DNA from: an uncultured Thermoleophilia bacterium
GTDB lineage: Bacteria; Actinomycetota; Thermoleophilia; Gaiellales; Gaiellaceae
Assembly (NCBI GenBank): GCA_963774605.1
Contig: CAVZFN010000002.1
Span: 300,398 to 364,397 of the forward strand
Direction of reading: 5' to 3'
DNA: 64,000 bases
A model generated the notes under the pieces. It did not search any database. It was not told the DNA's origin and saw nothing but the letters and a program-made list of their open reading frames with translations. This document shows, one piece after another, positions 60,368 to 64,000 of this stretch. Each line of letters starts with the position of its first letter. Position 1 is the stretch's first letter. A program made the position numbers and the translations under genes.

Positions 60368-60406
60368 GTGAACGTTTGCTCGAGTTGCGGCACCGATGCT
60401 CGGTGA
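60368..60406 (+). other. 12-codon remnant ORF (VNVCSSCGTDAR*), a 5' fragment of a zinc-ribbon cyclase paralogue, with a GTGA overlap onto the MOSC gene start
   Basis: The exact 20-mer tgctcgagttgcggcaccga (60377-60396) equals 50244-50263. The peptide parallels MSLCSSCGTEN of the 50235 gene. The stop at 60404-60406 overlaps the in-frame GTG at 60403 of the downstream ORF. Confidence 0.6.
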
Positions 60407-62190
60407 ATACCGAGACGACGACCCAGCCCGAAGCGCAACCCGTCGGAGCCTTGCTGTCCGTCAACAGCGGCAAGCCGAAGGAGGTGCCCTGGCAAGGGAG
60501 GACAGTCTTCACCGGCGTCTTCAAGCACCCTGTTGCCGGCCCTCGCCGGGTGCGCAAGCTCAACGTCGATGGCGACGGGCAAGGTGACCTTGCCGGCCAC
60601 GGAGGCGAGCAGCGCGCCGTCTTCGTCTACCAGCTCGACTCGTATCACTACTGGGAGCGCGAGCTCGGGCGAGACGACTTCGTCTACGGACAGTTCGGTG
60701 AGAACTTCACGGTCGACGGACTGAACGACAACGAGGTCTGCATCGGCGACCGCTACCGCATCGGCAGCGCGCTCTTCGAGGTCACACAGCCTCGCGTCAC
60801 CTGCTACCGCGTCGGGATCCGCATGAACGACCCGCGCGTCCCCGCGCTGCTCGTCTCACACCACCGCCCCGGCTTCTACTTCCGCGTCCTCGAGGAAGGC
60901 GACGTCGAGGCAGGAGACGAGATCCTCAAGATCGCGTCCGGCCCGGAGAGGTTGACGGTCGCCGAGACCGACGCCCTCCTCTACCTTCCCGGCCATCCAC
61001 GCCAGGAGCTGCTGCGCGCCCTGCGCGTCCCCGCTCTCAGTCCGGGCTGGCAGGCCTCGTTCCGCGCTCTGCTCGACGGTGAACCAGGTGGCGGCAACGC
61101 AGGTCTGACCACTGCCAGCCCACCGCCCGCCTGGCCCGGCTTCCGCCGGTTGACCGTGACCGCGATCGAGCGCGAGAGCGACGCTGTGATCTCCATCCAG
61201 CTCGACGATCCCGACGGTGCGCCGCTACCAGCGGCACGCCCCGGCCAATACCTCACCCTGCGCATCCAGTCCGGCGACGAGGAACACTCGGTGCTCCGCA
61301 ACTACTCCCTCTCCGGGCCGCCCGGCGCCGACTACTACCGCGTCACCGTGAAGCACGAACTGGACGGCGCCGCCAGCAGCTACCTGCACGACCGGCTCGC
61401 GGTCGGAGACCGGCTCGACGTCGCTGCACCGCGCGGCACCTTCATCCTCGACCAGACGCAAGCGCCCGTTCTGCTGATCAGTGCCGGCATCGGCGCCACT
61501 CCGGTGCTGGCCATGCTCCACGCGCTCGCAACGGAGCACTCCGACAGGGAGATCTGGTGGCTCCAGGGCGCCCGCAACGGCCACGAGCATCCCTTTGCCG
61601 CCGAGGCTCGCGCGCTCCTCGGCTTGCTCACGAACGGTCACGGCCACATCTGCTACAGCCGTCCCGACCCGGACGACCTCCAAGGCCGCGACTTCGACGA
61701 CGCCGGCCGCCTGACCGGGTCGCTGCTCGCCCAACTCAAGCTGCCTCTCGACGCCACGGCATATCTGTGTGGACCCGCACCGTTCATGGAGGAGGTCAGC
61801 GCCGGTCTGGCCGCGATCGGCCTCAACGCTGTCGACATCCACACCGAGCCGTTCGGGCCCGCACCGGGCCTCACCCCCGGCATCGCATCAGCGCCAAACA
61901 GAGCGCCACATCCACCGCACGGACAACCTGGAACCGGCCCCACGATCGAGTTCGCCCGCAGCAACCTCGCCGTCCCCTGGAGCAGCGGATACGCCAGCCT
62001 GCTCGAGTTCGCCGAAGCCTGCGACGTTCCCGTCCGCTGGTCCTGCCGCACGGGCGTCTGCCACAACTGCGAGACCGCCCTCATCGCCGGCACGGTCGAC
62101 TACAACCCCGATCCAGTCGAACCACCCACCGACGGCAGCGCACTCATCTGCTGCTCACGGCCGCACGGAACCATCGTCCTGGATCTCTGA
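60403..62190 (+). CDS. MOSC domain + FNR-like FAD/NAD(P)-binding + 2Fe-2S ferredoxin oxidoreductase
   Basis: Track ORF 60376..62190; I prefer the GTG at 60403 as start. MOSC: ..VNSGKPKEV..GDGQGDLAGHGGEQRAV..GENFTVDGL..FEVTQPRVTCYRVG... FNR: RNYSLSG..LLISAGIGATPVLAML... Ferredoxin: CRTGVCHNCETAL..LICCS. Confidence 0.85.
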   Translation: MNTETTTQPEAQPVGALLSVNSGKPKEVPWQGRTVFTGVFKHPVAGPRRVRKLNVDGDGQGDLAGHGGEQRAVFVYQLDSYHYWERELGRDDFVYGQFGENFTVDGLNDNEVCIGDRYRIGSALFEVTQPRVTCYRVGIRMNDPRVPALLVSHHRPGFYFRVLEEGDVEAGDEILKIASGPERLTVAETDALLYLPGHPRQELLRALRVPALSPGWQASFRALLDGEPGGGNAGLTTASPPPAWPGFRRLTVTAIERESDAVISIQLDDPDGAPLPAARPGQYLTLRIQSGDEEHSVLRNYSLSGPPGADYYRVTVKHELDGAASSYLHDRLAVGDRLDVAAPRGTFILDQTQAPVLLISAGIGATPVLAMLHALATEHSDREIWWLQGARNGHEHPFAAEARALLGLLTNGHGHICYSRPDPDDLQGRDFDDAGRLTGSLLAQLKLPLDATAYLCGPAPFMEEVSAGLAAIGLNAVDIHTEPFGPAPGLTPGIASAPNRAPHPPHGQPGTGPTIEFARSNLAVPWSSGYASLLEFAEACDVPVRWSCRTGVCHNCETALIAGTVDYNPDPVEPPTDGSALICCSRPHGTIVLDL

Positions 62191-62406
62191 GAAGAGAGAG
62201 GTCTGGCCAGAGGCTTCGCCGAGTGGTTGCTTTGCGTCGACCGGCGCGAACCGGGCCGTGAATCAGAAGGATGCCCAAGAAACCCTGGCATCGCACCAGG
62301 AGGCCGTCACGTGTCAGACCAAGGGGCCGGCGGCTCCGAGCCGTAGCCCAGGAGGCCGCCGCTCCGTTCTGTCCACCAGGACGCATGCCGTCTATGGCGT
62401 GAACCC

Positions 62407-64000
62407 TCAGGCCGTGTCCGACTCGGCGAGCGCGAGCGTAACCGCGGCATCGAAGCCGATCCGTCTGCCTTCGGTCCAGCATGATTCGGCTTCAACGCCG
62501 AGCGCCTCGCGGGCACGTCCAATGTGCTTTCTCAGCAGATCGTCCCAGAACGGAACCGAGATCGTGATGCCGCGTTCCTCCCAGAGCGCTTCGACCGCTG
62601 CGGCAAGCGTCAGCGCGCGTACCTCATCTCCACGACCCGCCGCCGACATCGCCAGACCTTGAATCTCGAAGCTTGTCTCCAGCACGTCGCCGAGGCGCAG
62701 GACAGATACGAGGCTCTCGCGATACCGATCCTGCGCGCGATCGTAGTCTCCTCGGATAAGGGAGCAGTCCGCCAGGTAGTGAAGGGCGAAATGCTCGGAG
62801 CGTGGGTCGGCATCGCCCCGCGCGAGTTCGAGGAGCTCGCTCGAAAGCTTCTCGGTGCGAACGACTTCGCCCTGGGCGACGAGCACCTGACACACGCCGG
62901 TGAGGGCGCGCGTCTGCCCTCCGCGATCGCCCGACGCCCGTCGGCGCTCGAGGCTCTCCTCGAACGCCCGCAACGCCTCCGGGTTGCGATCGGTGAAGAA
63001 GAGCATCCAGCCAAGGTCGTCCAGCGCTGCCGCCAGCTCCGCCTCTTCGCCGACCTTGCGCCACATCGCGATGCCGGCTTGCAACTGCCGCCGTGCCTCG
63101 TCCCCCTCGGCTTGCCTCCCAGCCAGGCCGCCCGCGGCGACGAAGGCGCGTGCAACGGCGCGACTCTCCGCCGGTGCTGCGGCGAGCGCGGCTGCGAGCC
63201 GGCGGCGGCCCTCCACAAGATGCGAGTGCGAGATCCAAAACCAGCCGAGCGCCCCCGCCAGTTCGAGCGCGCCGACGGGATCGTTCTCCGCGCACCAGTC
63301 AAGCGCGGCCCGATGGTTGTCGTGGTCGTTCTCGAGCACCGTCGCCCACTCCGTCTCGGCTTCGAAGCGATGTCGGTATGCCTCTTCGGCGATGGCTGCG
63401 AAGTAGTCCGCGTGCCGTCGGGCGACCGCCTCACCGTCTTCCTGCACGAACAGGCGCTCGCGGGCGAACTCCCGGATCGTGTCCAACAGCAGCAGCCGCT
63501 CGTCACCGACCGCCTTGACGAGACTCGCGTCGACAAGCAGCTCGAGGTCGTCGAGCGACGTGTCGCAGACGTGCTCGGCCGCGTCGAGCGAGAAGGACCC
63601 CGCGAAGGCGCCGCAGCGGGCAAATACCTCCTGCGTGCGCAGATCGAGGAGATCGTGGCTCCATTCGATCGTCGCCCGGAGAGTGCGCTGTCTCTCTGGC
63701 GCATCGCGTGCGCCGGTGGTCAGGAGCGGGAGTGTGCGATCGAGCCGCTGCAACAAGCTCTTACCACTCAGCAGACTTGTGCGGGCAGCTGCCAATTCGA
63801 TCGCGAGCGGCAGGCGGTCGAGCCGGGCGCAGATGGCGTCGATGGTCTCGGGCTCGGCGTCAGCTCCGCCTGCCGCCGCGGTCCGGGCGCCGAAGAGCGC
63901 GGCGGCGTCGGCCGCCTCGAGCGGCTCGAGCCGGTACTGGTGCTCGCCGGAAAGGCGCAGTGGCGCACGGCTCGTGATCAAGAGGCGCAGACGATCCGAG
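62407..64000 (-). CDS. NB-ARC/P-loop-associated + TPR regulator, C-terminal ~530 aa; the 5' part lies beyond the window end
   Basis: The frame is open to position 64000 (..SDRLRLLITSRAPLRLSGEHQYRLEPL..ICARLDRLPLAIELAAAR..LRATIEWSHDLL..). It then runs ~350 aa of TPR-like helices. Paralogous to the central parts of the 4835 and 50235 genes. Confidence 0.82.
   Translation of the reverse strand, partial: SDRLRLLITSRAPLRLSGEHQYRLEPLEAADAAALFGARTAAAGGADAEPETIDAICARLDRLPLAIELAAARTSLLSGKSLLQRLDRTLPLLTTGARDAPERQRTLRATIEWSHDLLDLRTQEVFARCGAFAGSFSLDAAEHVCDTSLDDLELLVDASLVKAVGDERLLLLDTIREFARERLFVQEDGEAVARRHADYFAAIAEEAYRHRFEAETEWATVLENDHDNHRAALDWCAENDPVGALELAGALGWFWISHSHLVEGRRRLAAALAAAPAESRAVARAFVAAGGLAGRQAEGDEARRQLQAGIAMWRKVGEEAELAAALDDLGWMLFFTDRNPEALRAFEESLERRRASGDRGGQTRALTGVCQVLVAQGEVVRTEKLSSELLELARGDADPRSEHFALHYLADCSLIRGDYDRAQDRYRESLVSVLRLGDVLETSFEIQGLAMSAAGRGDEVRALTLAAAVEALWEERGITISVPFWDDLLRKHIGRAREALGVEAESCWTEGRRIGFDAAVTLALAESDTA

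Overview
A 64 kb chromosomal segment from a high-G+C, actinobacterium-like genome. I found no rRNA, tRNA, CRISPR array or transposase.

**Gene content, left to right**
- 1-22 kb, housekeeping and transport: leuS (partial), an MMPL transporter, lysA, livGFHM, a YyaL-type thioredoxin-domain protein, a BMP lipoprotein, and a hexuronate module (SDR / uxaC / LarA-like epimerase).
- ~20.4-32.5 kb, a cell-envelope polysaccharide region. Its core at ~22.4-32.5 kb looks lower in G+C. Nearly every gene there (WbaP-like, Wzx, Wzy-like, three GT2s and a clan GH-A hydrolase) is broken by multiple frameshifts.
- 32.8-43.7 kb, the most interesting locus. A tightly coupled operon encodes an HprK-related Ser kinase, five glycosyltransferase domains and an SGNH hydrolase. 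Next to it are an NTP_transf_5 nucleotidyltransferase, a PqqD/RRE-type protein, another GT2 and an ABC exporter. These are RiPP-like parts, but I could not recognise a precursor, cyclase or protease.
- 46.8-50.0 kb: an operon of three secreted or low-complexity proteins. One has five chaplin/curlin-like repeats and a (KPEPKPCP)n tail encoded by a 24-bp tandem repeat.
- 50-64 kb: a cluster of STAND-type regulators. One cyclase-ATPase-TPR gene carries about 9 frameshifts and sits beside an intact 901-aa LuxR/LAL regulator. The region also holds a secreted PAP2/vanadium-haloperoxidase-like protein, a formyltransferase-family protein and a MOSC-FNR-2Fe2S oxidoreductase.

**Other observations**
- About 45 apparent frameshifts are distributed very unevenly among genes.
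- A nested palindromic GAAYCWGRTTC repeat occurs at two loci.
- A 5' fragment of a zinc-ribbon gene start now forms a 12-codon upstream ORF.
- The 10-mer CCAGGAGGCC recurs in intergenic DNA at 59.2-62.4 kb.

**Limits**
All protein-family calls come from reading motifs by eye. No database search was run.
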